DNA from: Eremomyces bilateralis CBS 781.70
Taxonomy: Eukaryota
Assembly: GCA_010015585.1 (NCBI GenBank)
Contig: ML975149.1
DNA length: 64,000 nucleotides
Reading direction: 5' to 3' (one strand)
The notes under the pieces are model-generated. The model was not told the DNA's origin. It ran no database searches and saw nothing but the letters and a program-made list of their open reading frames with translations. Both the position numbers and the translations under genes were made by a program. Below, in pieces: positions 1 through 13,117 of this stretch (its first letter is position 1; each line of letters opens with the position of its first letter).

Positions 1-571
1 GAAAACCCATCGCTTCGGAGTCTTTGTCGGCACTGTCGGGATGAGGAAGTGATCAGGGGAATACTGGAGGATGACAGTGGGTTTGCAACTGTAGGAAGAA
101 GGGAAGTGTGTTGATGGGATAAGAGAACGGTACGATATGGAAATGGTTTCCGTTGTTACGCTACTGGTCTAAATACATGGGGAATGCTGCTTCATGGTCA
201 CTACAACCATAGAACGCTGGGCCATACCAACTAACGTGTCTGGTTGAAGCAGGTCCACGGGAGTCTGTTTCTCTCAAGAGATCGACAAAAAGCAAGATCC
301 AGTGAGTGGGCATCAATTTTTGGTGTTCAAAAAAAGTTGTTACCTTAAAAATCCAAAGGAATTTATTCTAATCGAGATATTCGAAGTGGAAAATAGCGGT
401 TGATATTATGATGTCGACCCCGAAGTCTCCCCTTATCCTCCGCGCTAACTGCTGGTGGTAAAGCGCCATGTTCATACAGTCTATGCCCCTGCCGCCAGAA
501 TGCTTCGAATATCAACAAGCAACTCAACCTCTGTGCTACTTTCCAATTGCACCTTTAGCAGAATATAAGCC

Positions 572-1253
572 ATGATATTACGAACCGTTGCAATATCCCT
601 CCTATCATGGGCCGCGCTCTCTTGTTGCGCAGCAGCACACGGAGGTCATGATCAAGCTCCTCTTCCCCCAGGTACGGATTGGGCAACACGGCATATGTCT
701 GGTACGTCGTAACCTTCGAAATATAGCGCTGTGAGGATCCACCACTAATGAATCGTCACCTACTAAAGAGGAGCATCACATGAACGGCTTCGACGCCGCC
801 GTCTTCTTCCACCTTCACGACTACGACAACACCGGCTCCTGGTCCCCGGACGATATCCGCCGCACCTACGGCCTCTTTGACCAATCGACCCGCAACATCC
901 CCGAGACACGCAAGGCGCAGATCGCACAGAAAGTCCTCGAGCTGTACGATTTCAACCACGACGGCCTGATCTCCAAAGCGGAGTACCTCGCCGCCACGGG
1001 CAACGGCGTGACGCTGCCGGACTTTGGGACAGGGCCAGGCCATCACGGTGACTCGGAGTACGAGTACGAGATCCACCATTTCGAGAAATATCACGGCGAC
1101 GACGCGAAGGAGGAGGATTTGGTTCATCCGGAGGATATCGAACATTTCAAGGAGCATGATAAGCTGGATGCGGAGAACGCGGCGTGGGAGAAGCGGGAGC
1201 GGTTGGGGATCATGGAGGAGAATATCCCCCAGAAGTTCCGACGGAGGTCATGA
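572..1253 (+). CDS. SSP120: Secretory-pathway EF-hand protein (Ssp120/nucleobindin-like); exons 572-701, 769-1253
   Basis: Hydrophobic N-terminus MILRTVAISLLSWAALSCC. The GTACGT..AAG intron joins WATRHMS-E-EHHMNGFD. Motifs FFHLHDYDNTGSW, EF-hand DFNHDGLISKAE, GPGHHGDSEYEYEIHHFEKYH, and C-terminal NIPQKF. Confidence 0.9.
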
Positions 1254-1396
1254 TTGATGAAGGCATGTTCTTGGTTTTTGTTCTAGAAATGATATGGACA
1301 TACCGGCTACCGTAATCACGAGGCATTCAATTTGTTGTGGGATAGCTCCGTAATACTCATTCCCAACTTAGCTATCCCGACATTGGGAAACTCAAC

Positions 1397-1834
1397 CTAA
1401 GCGGTCTTCGGCGGTCGAATCGTATCCTGATCCAACCCTTCCTCTCCTGGCGGCACATCAACCTCCGCTCCCTTCCCCCCATACCTCCCAATATCATCAG
1501 CATGGTGATCCGTTCTATGCTTCTCCGCTCGATCATGACCCTTTGCCGCCGGGTTGTTCGGATCAAAGTGCATCCTCTTGCTCTCCACCTGTACGGGGAG
1601 ACGGTCTCCCGTGCCTGTGACTACTTCTCCCGTCGTTCCGAGGTCTCTGTTTCGTCGCGGGATGTCCTCCGGGTTGTCGGCCCCGTCGCCGTGGTAGGCT
1701 CGGTGATTGGGATCTTGATCGGGACGGGGAACGGAGGAAATGGTGCGTGGTACGCTGGCATCGTCGGGGATGGTGGTGCCGGTTGGGGCCATGTCTTCGA
1801 GGCGGCCCCCTCTGTATGCGTTTCGGGCTGACAT
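1397..1834 (-). CDS. Hydrophilic hypothetical protein, 145 aa
   Basis: Single ATG-initiated ORF with a pyrimidine-rich leader, converging on SSP120. No domain recognised. Confidence 0.65.
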   Translation of the reverse strand: MSARNAYRGGRLEDMAPTGTTIPDDASVPRTISSVPRPDQDPNHRAYHGDGADNPEDIPRRNRDLGTTGEVVTGTGDRLPVQVESKRMHFDPNNPAAKGHDRAEKHRTDHHADDIGRYGGKGAEVDVPPGEEGLDQDTIRPPKTA

Positions 1835-2309
1835 GATGAGAAGGGCGTTGTGATCAGTGAGAACTCGATTCGGTTTGCTGTGAGAAGAAGAAATCTAGAG
1901 TGTAAGTGTTGTGTGAGTAGACGAAGTTAGCAGTAGATATGAGAGGACTAATATGGTATTCATGATTCCAGGCGTTCAGACGTCATTGAGAGTCAGACTC
2001 GCCTTTCCCTTTCCCCAAGGACACCTGAGATCAAGGGACTGCAGGTGAGTCTGAGGATTTAATCCCAGAACTAGACTGGATAATATGACACTTTATGATG
2101 CAAGTATTGTTTAAGAGGCTGACTATTTCCATCGAATTGTCAGGGTCCAGCTACTCTGGTGGGCACGTGATTTATTAAAGCCTCAGGCATTAAGGCAGCA
2201 ATAGTCCTAGCCAGGTGCCAGGTCAACAAGGTGTTTGACTTCAGTTGTCTCACGAACGCCAGAGTATAACAATATCTCCGACTCCAAGGGCTTGGAGAAT
2301 TCCCATAAA

Positions 2310-2637
2310 ATGCCTCCTCAAGAAGCTGACAAACGCCAAGCGGCCCGCGAGGTCATCGACATCCTCGACGAGATTTCAGGTCTCCTGGTAATCCGACGCA
2401 ACGACATAAACTAAGCCCAGTCGCTAACCTCGCAGAACACGAAACTGACGCGCCAACAACTGTCATACTGCGTGTCGTTGATTGAGAATGGCGTCAATCC
2501 GGAAGCACTTGCAGTATGTTAAATGGCCCCAGTAGAGTTCAAGGTTCATATGGGTTGACTGGCGGCAGAATGTGATCCAGGAGCTGCGGCAACAGTATCC
2601 TGACTCTGGCTACGCAGACGAAGGAGGAAGAGCGTGA
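2310..2637 (+). CDS. MZT1: Mitotic-spindle organizing protein 1 (Mozart1); exons 2310-2387, 2436-2513, 2569-2637; absent from the ORF track
   Basis: Spliced product MPPQEADKRQAAREVIDILDEISGLL/NTKLTRQQLSYCVSLIENGVNPEALA/NVIQELRQQ... carries the MZT1 signature. Introns GTAATC..GCTAAC..CAG and GTATGT..TTGAC..CAG. Confidence 0.95.
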
Positions 2638-3839
2638 TGATGCTACTATTGCTCCTAGTTGGGCAATGACATAGCCAGCGGCTTGTTCATGAAGGCGTCG
2701 AGCCCCCATTTAACAAATATGAGTGGTATGATACCCCTTTCCCTAAACCCCTTGCGCAGCGACTGAATCCGATCTGTAGTGTTCGCCAGAGCTCCGGAAT
2801 CGGACTTGAGGGTTCCTGAGAATCAAAATCGAGGCATTGGTAATACACTGTCTCCTTCATCACGAGGCCGTTCAAGCTTATTGGGATGCTAGGAGGGGAA
2901 GCAGTGCGAAGAACCTAGCTATGAGAGGCGTTAGAGTTGGTTCTAGCTCAGAACCATTGCCCGCATTTCGGGTCCACGACTAATGATATGATGAATTTCT
3001 CCTCTCACTGTTGTTGATGAGATTGGTTCACGCGCTTGAAGCTCTACCTACTTTCAAAAGCCCGTTGGTTGCAGGTCGTGTCTGCATCCAACCAGAATCT
3101 ACTCCACGTTGAATGCCACCTCTCGCACCACCCTTCAATACCACAGTGGCCCCATTCGAATCGCTCCCAACCCCCTCCCATAAAATCCTATTTATTTATT
3201 TTTCTCCTCGTTGCCAAAAAGTCTCCATCTAAATAGCAAAACTATAAATCCCGCGGCCCTAGTTATCACCTAGTAGGTCCCTGGGTTCTGAGGTTTTCCA
3301 ACGTACTCCCTATGGGGACCACTACGCCACGTAGTCAGATTGCTTCCTTTAATAGGAATGGGTTTGTTTGGTTTATGTAGTGCACTTCAATGGGGGTGGA
3401 TTGCTTTCATGTGCCTGATGGATGGCAGAGCACCTGGCTCCTGAGTCTACCTAACACACTCCTGGCTTATCCTCTACGCACCGCACTGAAGATGGGCATG
3501 TGCTTTAGGACATTGGCTGGGGCAATGTGATCCTCTTACCACTGACACCCTCTAGCTAATGCGGTGTTTCCATCCAAACATCCCCCTTAACGGTATTCTG
3601 AAGGAGTACTCCCACCCCCTTTTCATTCATTTGGGGATCAATATATTCCTCGCCGCTTCATAAGGATACAGGTCCCACTCGTTGAGTGGCCCTTGGGTCA
3701 ACGGCTTACTTCGACCGGAATATGGTTAAGGAGCCCGCGGTATAGCACCCGGAGGAGTCATTTGAGCCACAGGCACATGAGACACCTTCTTGAGGCGGAA
3801 TTTGTTAATTGACCGCTAACCAGTATATGGCAACTCTAA

Positions 3840-5614
3840 CTATTCATCATCTTCCAGATCCCATAACTCATCGTCGTCGCTCCATCCAAACAGTCTCGCC
3901 AATCGAGCCTTCACCCCATCCCACAGCCCCACCTTAGTAACCATCGCCAACACCAGCACCATCGGCAAATACCAAACGCTTGCCCAAAACAGTCCTCGCG
4001 CCGCCTTCGTCACCTGCTTACTCTCTGACCCATGCTTCTTTCCCTGCCGCCAAAACGAGAATGCCTCCTTCATCAACCAGACGTTCACCGGCGCAGAGAG
4101 CACGACGAACGGCCACGACACCACCCCGGCCGCTGTCAACCCGATACAAGTAACGGGCAGCACCATCGAATACCGCAACGACACCCGCGCATTCCGCGCC
4201 GGATTACTCCACGCCAGCATCCGCAACCCCGCCCGCCGATACTCATTCCGAATTGGGTGCGCCAGCGCGTTAAAATGCGGAAACTGCCATGCGAACAGCA
4301 GCGCGGCGAGACACCACCCTCCCGCGCTATCGGCCCCCGTCAACAGAGTCTGGAACCCCGAGATGAAGCCGAAGCCGTCCAGGAGGCGATCGGAGAGCGT
4401 GGACGACGCCGCGGTGATGGTGCTGAGCGGCGTGGTGGCGCACTCGCCGGCAGCGGCGGCCCAGCCCATTAGAGGAGGGATGGCGCCGACGATGGCGCCG
4501 GCCCAAGTGTTGATTGCAGAGAGGGGTTTGAGGGGGGTGTAGATGCCGGCGTAGACGACGATGTTGAGGATGCCGAGACCGGTTACGACGGGGTTGGTGC
4601 CGAGGGCTAGAAGGGTGGCTCCGGTGAGGGCAGACGCGCCGGCGAACAGGAGCGCGCGAGACGGGGTGATCAGGTTGCGGACGAGCGGCCGATTTCGCGT
4701 GCGTGACATTTTGGCGTCGGAGAGGGGCTCGTATAGCATATTTAGGGCGTTCGCGGAAGCAGAGCAGAGGGCTGTTCCGGTAGTGAGGTGGAGGAGGGTC
4801 AGGGCGTTCAGGGAGGGCGAACCCGATGCGGCGGCAAGGAAGTCGGGGGTAGGGTATAAAGAGTAGGCGGTCGTCGTGGTGAGGACGATGAGGAAGGATA
4901 GGCGCGGTTTGGCGAGCGCGAGGTACGTCGACATCGAACGTTTGAAGGAGTGCTCCGGAAGGGAAGCGGAGAGGGTAGTGAGCTTTGAAGGGGCATCGGC
5001 AGGGAGGTCCTGTTCGGCTGTTTGCTCGGCGTCTTGCTGCGCGGCTAGTGCTTTTTGTCGCTGCCTTCTTCGGTGTGGTAAATCCTGGGATTGTGGAGTT
5101 GATACGTGTGTCGGAGTGTCTCCCACACCTATACTGCCATGCGATCGTGTTATCTCCCCACTGCCCACCACCTTCCCGGTAAAGAAATTCTTTCCATTAC
5201 CGGAATCACTGGACTCCCTGCTCTTCATTTGTCCGCTCAGAAGCTCCTTAAACGCCGAATTTGCCAGGAAGAAATCCCGGTTCGCACGACGGGACTCTCC
5301 TCCAATTATACCGCTTTGGTCATGATCAGATTGCTTGCGAGGCAGGCTCACAAATGTCTGGCGTAGTGAAGAGGTCCCTGTGATGCCTGTTTTACTTCTT
5401 CTCGTCCAGAGTCTGTCTCCGGTGAGCCGGGGTCGTGCAAGGCGCGTTAGGCATCTTCTGCAGATCGTCGAGGGATCGATGGGGGCATTGAGTGCCATTG
5501 GAGATTCGGAGGCGATCACAAATGACCTCGCCAACGGTCTACTAAGAATCTAGATACTAGATCTCGGTCTCTCGGATGTTAAACAGAGCTGAATGGCTTG
5601 TACATGAACCGCAT
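3840..5614 (-). CDS. COX10: Protoheme IX farnesyltransferase (heme O synthase), mitochondrial; probable micro-exon 5614-5604 plus exon 5541-3840
   Basis: UbiA-family motifs LAKPRLS, SANALNMLYE..DAKMSRTRNRPLV, YTPLKP..NTWAGAIVGAIPPLMGW, AWQFPHFN. The ORF-track start is TTG; a 62-nt intron would give the presequence-like start MRFIRPLARSF (the 5' exon is inferred). Confidence 0.93.
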
Positions 5615-6092
5615 TGAAGGGCAGTGTCTGATGGAGGACGGCGACCTGCTGCAAGTTAGATTCCATTTGACATCAACTCCACTTTAGCTGGAGAGATGAA
5701 TACCTGAAAGGCCACAGATTCTGCAGAAGTTGCCAATGGAGGAATCGAGATGTCCATATCAACCCTCGGTCGAAACCCGAATCCAACGTGAAGAATCAAG
5801 AACAACCCTGAGGATATTCGCGGCTCGGTGCTAGTGACAGGGGACCCCTGCATTCCCGAACCGTCACTCCGCAGCTTCATCTGGACAATCCCACGCCGTG
5901 ACGCTGCCCTCCATTTTCCTTTCTCCTTCTCAACCTCTACTATATCGATTCATTCAACCGTTAGTTTCCGGATGCGCTCCTTAGCTATCGACTTGCTGGA
6001 ACTCTCATAACCTCCTTCCCCACCTCGAGCCATCCTGCGTTCTCGCCTTACCCCAAACTCGCCCGGTTGGGACGTCGATCCTACACGCAACG

Positions 6093-7811
6093 ATGGCTTC
6101 GCAGCAGTCCATAATGAACGAGGTCCTCTTGGGCTTTCGGAGAGCCTCGAAGCGTCATGAATATGGTACGTCACCATTCACAATGCAGCCTAGTCGAAAG
6201 GACATAAAGGCCACCCTGCGAGCTTCAAGCGAGTGTTTCTGGCGTCAGGCGAGAGCGGATCGAACTGCTTGACTAAAAGACGAGCGCGTCATGTCCACTG
6301 AGCTCTCCGAGGGTTATAACGGTCAGATATCGATCATAATACTCACTGTATCCACAGACTCCGAATCCGACGACTCTATCGTGCTAGCGACGAATCGCGG
6401 CAACAAGCTTAAGCGCAAAGCGAAGTACGTGCAGGAGGGGAAACTTGACAATCCAAATGGCCCGGCAACACAAAAAAAGGTATGTCGGCTTTCATCAACC
6501 TCCCGAGAGCATGCTAAAGATTTCGAAATAGCGCATCCGATACGCTGGGTATGACCGCAGCATTATTTCTCGCAACCCACCGCGCTTTGACGAATACGGC
6601 GACATCATTGAGACCGACGACGATGAGGATTACGATGCTCGAGACAACGAAGACAATACCTACAAGGACACTAGAATTGAAGGTAAACTACGAACCTACG
6701 GTCCGATCGAGCAGCGCTGATTTCTTTTCTAGTCATATTGGGACCACTCACAGCCGCGTCCGACCTTCCCACACATCCCGGTCTCTCAATACCCTACAAG
6801 TCCGCTGCTCTCCCCGAAATGGTAACCGCAGCGGAAGAATCGCTACATAAAGAACAGGAGACATTATGGCGGATGAAAAACCTACTCACCAACCTCCGCG
6901 GTGACAGCGGTTGGGTCCCAGTCGGTGCCGTGCAGAGCGACTACGACGAGTGGCTACTCAATACCATCACAAATGGGGCCGAAGATGAACAGCCGGATGT
7001 CATGGCGCTCATATGGGGACCTATTGCAAATGGGGGTGCTGGGAGCCCGCTCAAGGCACTCCCGGAACCGACGGGAGACGAGGAACGGATGGACGTGGAC
7101 CTACCGCAGGAGACGGTCGCCGGCGCCGCGGACGAGCCGATGCAAACTACTAATGGCTCACCGCCGGAACCACGTGCTCCAAACGGAGTTGCCGCCGCGC
7201 CACCCTCCCAAAACTTGATCATCGAAGAGCTAGAAGCGGCGGCGACGGGCGCGACGACCAACGGCGCCGTCGACCACGCTCCCCAAACCGCCATCGCAGA
7301 AGGAGACGCCCCAGCACCCGATGCCGAACAGGACGACAACGCTGCCGACGAAGCCGACGCGGACGGCGAACCCTCGCAACCCCCCCACCGCATGACCACC
7401 CGCGCACGCGCGCACCGCACCTCCCGCTCCCCCTCCAGCAACCCCTCCCTTCCCCCCTTCGTGCACCCCTTCTTCGAATTCAACGCCACCGCAATCCCAG
7501 GCTTCGACGCGGGGCTCCCCACCAACGAAGCGCACGACGTGCGTGCGTTCCTGGTCTCCTACGTGTCGAAGCAGGAGGAGGTGGTGCGGGGGACGTCGAA
7601 GCTCTATCATGGGTTATTGAAGGCGCTGCGGATGCGGAAGACGGTGTGGAAGTGGTGTCGGACGGAGGGGCATGTGGGGGAGATGTCGGACGGGGAGGAT
7701 TGGTATGATCGGGAGGAGTGGGGGTTAGAGGAGGATTTGGTGAAGGGGAAGGAGGAGGAAGATGAGGAGGTGACGAATCAGAAGAAGACGAGGAGGAGGG
7801 GGGATCGGTAG
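6093..7811 (+). CDS. RXT2: Rpd3L histone deacetylase complex subunit Rxt2-like; exons 6093-6165, 6358-6479, 6532-6682, 6733-7811
   Basis: Motifs TNRGNKLKRKAKYVQEGKL, RSIISRNPP, ILGPLTAASDLPTHP, and C-terminal KQEEVVRG..EGHVGEMSDGEDWYD.EEWGL. All three introns are canonical and keep frame. Confidence 0.85.
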
Positions 7812-8248
7812 AGTGGGTGATGGGGGATGAGGTTGGGGGAGTTTAAGTTTTGCGTGGTGTTCGGGATGCGTTGAGGAGTCGATCGCTCGGTTGATGTGAA
7901 CAATAGACTATTATACGATTTAGACTCGGGTAGAGAATCGCGATACTTGCGGCCTATCGCAGATTATGTTTCAATGATAAGAACTCGGTATTGCAGGATA
8001 CGATGTGGAAGTCTGGATCGCTATGCTTTCGGTGAGATGGGAAGTGTGTTAAAAGTTAAAACGGATGATTTGGATCTCAGGAGAATATCGTCCCCGGGCC
8101 AAAAGAATACCGGCTTCTGATTGCGTTAAAGTTCTATTTATTCAACCTCCTATCTATGATACATTGTCCTTTCCCCCCATGCCGAGTACTCTTTTACAAT
8201 TGAGAGAAAGGCCTTAACAGTAGAATGCCATCGCAGGGATCTAAGCGC

Positions 8249-10058
8249 TTAGAGCTTTGTCGACAATTCCTGCACCTTGTGCACCAGGTCTTCTACCTTC
8301 ACCGATTCCTTGACGCCCAGCCGTCGACACTGCACCTCAACCGACCCATCCCCGTTCCTCCCCGGCACCACCAAGACAATCGGATATCCCACCACATCCG
8401 CCTCGTTGAGCTTCCAGACCAACGACCTCGTCTTCTTCCCGCTGCGATCGTCCACCGCCACGTCCAGCCGCGCACCCCCTCCACTCCTGTTCGGCACACG
8501 TACCGACCGGAGCCTCTCATACACCCGCTCCACCAGCAGCCAAGACGGCGACCCCGGGAGAGATTTCGGGATCACTGCCACGTCGAACGGTGCGATCGCG
8601 CGCGGCCACACCAGCCCCGTGGCATCCGACAGCTGTGACGCCACCGCGGCCATCAGGCGCGATACGCCGATCCCGTGGCACCCCATGTGCATTGGCGTGT
8701 CTTTTCCGGCGATGGAGACGGTCGCGTGCAGCGGCGCCGTGTAGCGCGTGCCGAGGTGGAAGGTGTGGCCGACTTCGACGGCGCGTTGCGGCGCCAGGGT
8801 GGAGTTCGTGTCGTCAGGGCATTTCGGACAGATGATGCCGGTGGCGGGGCCGTCGGTTGCGTTGGTTGCGGCGGTTTGCTGTGCGGTGGCGTCGACTGCT
8901 TCGTCGTTCACGGCGTACCCGCATGTCCCGCAGATGTGCACCGTGTCTTCGCCATCTGGTGATAGGTAGTGGTATTCGTGGCTGAGGCTGCCGCCCATGA
9001 CTCCGGAGTCTGCCTGTGCAACCACGAATGGCAGGCCTAGGTTGGTGAAGAGAGCGTTATATGCCTCTTTTACGGCGTCATACGCTTGGAGGGCGCTGTC
9101 ATGATCCGCATCGAATGTATACAGATCCTTCATGATGAACTCTTTGGCCCGTAGAAGACCTTGTCGAGGTCTTAGTTCATCGCGGTATTTTCGAGCTGGA
9201 GATAGTCAGATATAAGCCAGATACCACCGGTTAGTCGTTGCCGTAACAGTGGACATACTGATCTGGTAGAGCCGTAGGGGCAGGTCGGAGGAGCTTCGTA
9301 TAGAATCTCCGACAATACTCGTGATCTCCTCCTCATGAGTCGGGGCGAGCACGAATCCCGATTCTCTACGGTCGGTGACTCCGAAAAGCTGGAGATTGAC
9401 TTAACATCCACTTGGAACCGGCAGATGCGAACACATACCTCTGACTGCACTTTCTCATACCGTCCGGTTTTCTTCCACAATGACTCGGAGGTCAAGGACG
9501 ATAAGGAAACTTTACTCGCATCTACGGGGTATGAGTATTGAACATTGTTTGGAAAACCCTTTGATCATACCCAGCGAACGCATGTGGTGATCAATAAGCC
9601 CCTCGAGTTTGTCAAGGACTCGCAACCCAAGGGGTAGCATATGAAAAACCCCCGAATGAGACTCGAGAGAAAACTTAGTATCAATGAGGATGACCCATCA
9701 CGTTAAGATCCTCACCTGGCGGATATATCCAGCCCTCTCTAGTAAGGAGAAAGTGTCCTCTTTGTCTCCTATTCATCGTTAGATCGAATACCACATTGAC
9801 TCAACTCCATGGGTTCACACACCTGCTTTCTCGTCTTTCAGGTACCGTACCGGGGCCCATTCTATACGCTGCATCTCATGGCGTCGCTAGTTCTCCGGTT
9901 AGCTCCTCTTTTAATTGAATAAGTAGAGCCATTCCTACCAAGGCGCTACATGTTGAGAACGCTACATGACTGTGGTTCGGGACTTGAAAAGACAGAAGTT
10001 TAAATGAGTGACGCCATGAGCCCCTATAAAGGACGGCGAAGGAGCCACAGCAAATCAT
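8249..10058 (-). CDS. Prolyl-tRNA synthetase, mitochondrial (bacterial type, Aim10-like), multi-exon
   Basis: Motifs LLERAGYIRQ, RDELRPRQGLLRAKEFIMKDLYTFD, ADSGVMGGSLSHEYH, AVEVGHTFHLGTRYT, MGCHGIGVSRL, GLVWPRAIAPF and an anticodon-binding domain. Presequence-like first exon (..AFSTCSAL/RR); exact start less certain. Confidence 0.92.
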
Positions 10059-10432
10059 CAGGGTACATGTATAGAAACAGGTAATTGAAGAGCCATAGTA
10101 GATGGGAATAATTATATAAAAGTCAACAATTGAAGCATCGAAGATCTACACTGACGATATTGGTAGAGATGGACCCCTGTATCATGCCGCTTCCTCTCGA
10201 CGTCAGTCGATGCTCTCATTATGGAGCTTCGATTTCCAACTGATATTGAGATTATCGTCGTTGGGAAAGCCACACCAACATCGATTAATCTTAGAGTCGG
10301 AGAACACGATATTGAAATCCTGACATACTTTCTTCCATCACCTTCAAAACGGCTTGGTTATTCTGGCGGACTCCGCCTCCGGCGGCTCCATCTTCAACAC
10401 CCCAAGAAACATCCACACCGCAATCCACCACC

Positions 10433-11058
10433 ATGGCGTCTAACTCCCATCACCCCGAGACGCCAGAGCTAACCCCGAAGTTCTGCTTCAACCAATCCGC
10501 CCTTCGAGGTCCGTCCTTCCGCATCCCCCCAATAACCCAACCTAACCCCTCCTAGACTTCTTCCGCGTCTCCCGCTCCGCCCTCGACGACACCATCTCCC
10601 AATCTCTCAACGCCCTCTCCGAACCCTCCCGCTCCCCCTTCACCCCCTCCACCGTCTCTACCCGCCCCAGCATCCCCACCACCCGCCAACTCCCTCCCTC
10701 CACCTGCACCACCTTCACCGCGCAGACGCTCTTCCCCGCCTGGAACGCGCGGGACGCCGTGCTGACATATTGCAGCGCGGTGGCGTCGTCGCCGGACCCG
10801 GACGATCCCGGGGCGGTCGAGCGGCGGATCGAGGAACATACGCGCGAGAGGCAGACGGTGGATGAGCGGTTGGATCCGTATAGTGGGCGGTGGTTCCCGA
10901 AGGAGGCACGGGCGGAGCGGCTGGGGAGGTGGGTGAGGAATGAGGGGATGGTGGAGGAGATTATTAGGGAGAGGAGCTGGGATGTGGTAAGGTCAAGATG
11001 TGGGGGAGTGGAAGAGGGGTGGAAGGAGGCGTATAATGAATGGAGGCGGGGGAGATAG
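10433..11058 (+). CDS. MIX23: Mitochondrial intermembrane space protein Mix23 / Cid2 (CCDC58 family); exons 10433-10508, 10556-11058
   Basis: LTPKFCFNQSALR/DFFRVSRSALDDTISQSLNAL, WNARDAVLTYC, DERLDPYS, EEIIRERSWDVVRSRC. Intron GTCCGT..CTAAC..TAG. Confidence 0.9.
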
Positions 11059-11386
11059 AAGGGGACTCGGGGGATGTTTGCGAAGGACCGGTGGCAGGAA
11101 CGGTAGTAAAACGGTATACATCTTGGATAATGATTGCACATCTCGGGATAGAAGGATAGACGGAAGATGCACACTCCACTCTTTATTTACAGTGCATTGA
11201 GAGGACCTGATGTTCAGCGGTCCGAAATAGACGCATAGCTAGCGCTGTTTGGATTCTAGGTATCCAGCTGGTCTAATTTGTATGAAATATATAGACGTCA
11301 AGTCAGCCAGCCTGACTGTCTATCCAAAGTCCCAGTGCGCCTCGTGAAAAGCACAGAAACACGTAACATAAGTCTAGTATGACCTT

Positions 11387-12623
11387 TTACGTACGCTTGT
11401 TCCCCATCAACCTCTTCATGGTCTGTCCTCGTCAGTCAAATTCATGTGGAGGAATTCATCTCCAACTTACCGCTGCCTGCTTCGGCTCGACGAACAACCC
11501 TTCCGATTCAACCACTACCCCACCCCGTCCCCAATCATACGCATCCGTCTCGCCGTTTTTCTCCCCATTACTCTCCCCATTCACCCCATTCGTAATCTTC
11601 GCCTTCTCCCCCTCCATCCACTCCTCCGGACTCTCCAACGCCATCAACTTCCCCACCACCCACGCCTTCCGCCCCTCCGTCTTCGTCGTCCTTGCCCTCA
11701 ACACCACCCACTGCTCCGCCTTGCACGGCAGCCGATAATCGATCTTCAAACTCGCCGTCATCCCCACCTTATTCGGCAAGCTTTCAAAGCAGCACCGCGC
11801 CAACCCCTCATCCATCAACGTCGCCAGCAAGCCTCCGTGCACGATCCCCGGGTGCCCGCACAGCGACTTGCCCAGGTAGTACAGCGCGATCATCTCTGTC
11901 CCCTCGCCATCCGCGAACTGGATCGGGGGGACCGCAATCCGGTCTTCGCCGAGCAGCGTGCCCGCCGTCAGCGTGTTCGAGCGCACCGCCTCGGGGATCT
12001 TCAGATGGGGGCGCGACTCGCGGAGGGTGGCGTTTTGTCGTAGGTGCTCCACGAACGGGTGGCGCTGGATGTAGGCTTCGACCTCGGCGGCCTGGGTGTC
12101 GGGGGCCGGGTGGAAGAGGGTGAGGGTCTCTTCGTCGGTGGGGGGGTCGCGGAATGCTTTGAGGTTCTCGGCGGCGGGGGAGGCGGCCATGATGAAGCCG
12201 GTGACAAAGAAGACGGAGGAGATGAGGGAGAAGCGGAGGATGCGGGAGAGGAGGGATTTGCGTTCCGGGGGGGAGTCCGGTGGAGGGGGGAAATATGTGG
12301 GAGCGGAGGTGGACGGATGGGACTGCGTTGATGAAGCCCGTGATGTATGTAGCGAATGCGGGATGGCTAGGTGAATTGGACGTTAGGCACGGCACAACGT
12401 AGAAGAGGAATAAAGGCGAAACAGAACTGAAATATAATAATCAGGGAAACCACGCCTTATACTCACCCTTCCGTAAACTTTCTTGCCGTCCCAGATGCAA
12501 ATGGCGTACCAGACTCCTCGTAGGCGACGATCGACGACACGACGCAGCCGCCAGAACCGGGGCGGCGCCGCTCCGTCGGACCGACATCAGCCTCCGAAGA
12601 AGAGGAGTGGAAAATTCGGCCAT
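11387..12623 (-). CDS. PaaI/hot-dog thioesterase family protein, probably mitochondrial; introns 12466-12367 and from 11470
   Basis: Signature LCGHPGIVHGGLLATLMDEGLARC, MTASLKIDYRLP, EGRKAWV. Arg/Ser-rich presequence-like first exon followed by one hydrophobic segment. Last exon TMKRLMGNKRT* is tentative. Confidence 0.88.
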
Positions 12624-13117
12624 TTCACTAGGCGCGCCTTAATTGGGCCGTCTGGGCCGCGAGCAAATCGTCGATTGTTGCATGTAGGGGGAGGGCAAAT
12701 GTCGGCGCCTTTGGACGCGTCTCGAAGAAACTTTTGCCTCGGCAAGGTGCCGGTCCGTGACTGGGTGGGTGGATGGCGGGTGAGGATGGATGGTTCAAGA
12801 GGCGAGGGTGAACCAAAGTGCAAAGATTAATGAACGGGCCGACTCCGTCAACTTGTCCAGACTCCGATATGGTGTCGGTGAAATATGAGTGCTGTCCATG
12901 AATATATGCAATATTGTAGGCACTGGTTTAAGGCTTGGGACATGATTACGTTCAGGTGCGCCTCTTAATTACCACGTGTAATCATTGGTTTATCCTTCTC
13001 CATCATTGAAGTAGGTAGAATAGTATATGCCGTAAATTCATCTCATCCGCCATTCCTCTTGGCTGCCATGTTGGGTTCACTATATATGAGGGCCGAAGCG
13101 GCGCCCGTGATGCCACT

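Noticed and set aside
1..10. Possible minus-strand ATG at 10 behind a CT-rich leader
   Set aside because: Only three codons are visible; cannot be supported within this window.
315..323. Sm-site-like AATTTTTGG
   Set aside because: No U1, U2, U4 or U5 signature nearby; likely ordinary promoter sequence.
3641..3651. ATATTCCT resembling the snR30/U17 m1 motif
   Set aside because: No matching AAACCAT m2 motif or ACA box at the expected distance.
6166..6357. 192-nt RXT2 intron as a snoRNA host or stwintron
   Set aside because: No C/D or H/ACA boxes and no nested donor reconstruction found by eye.
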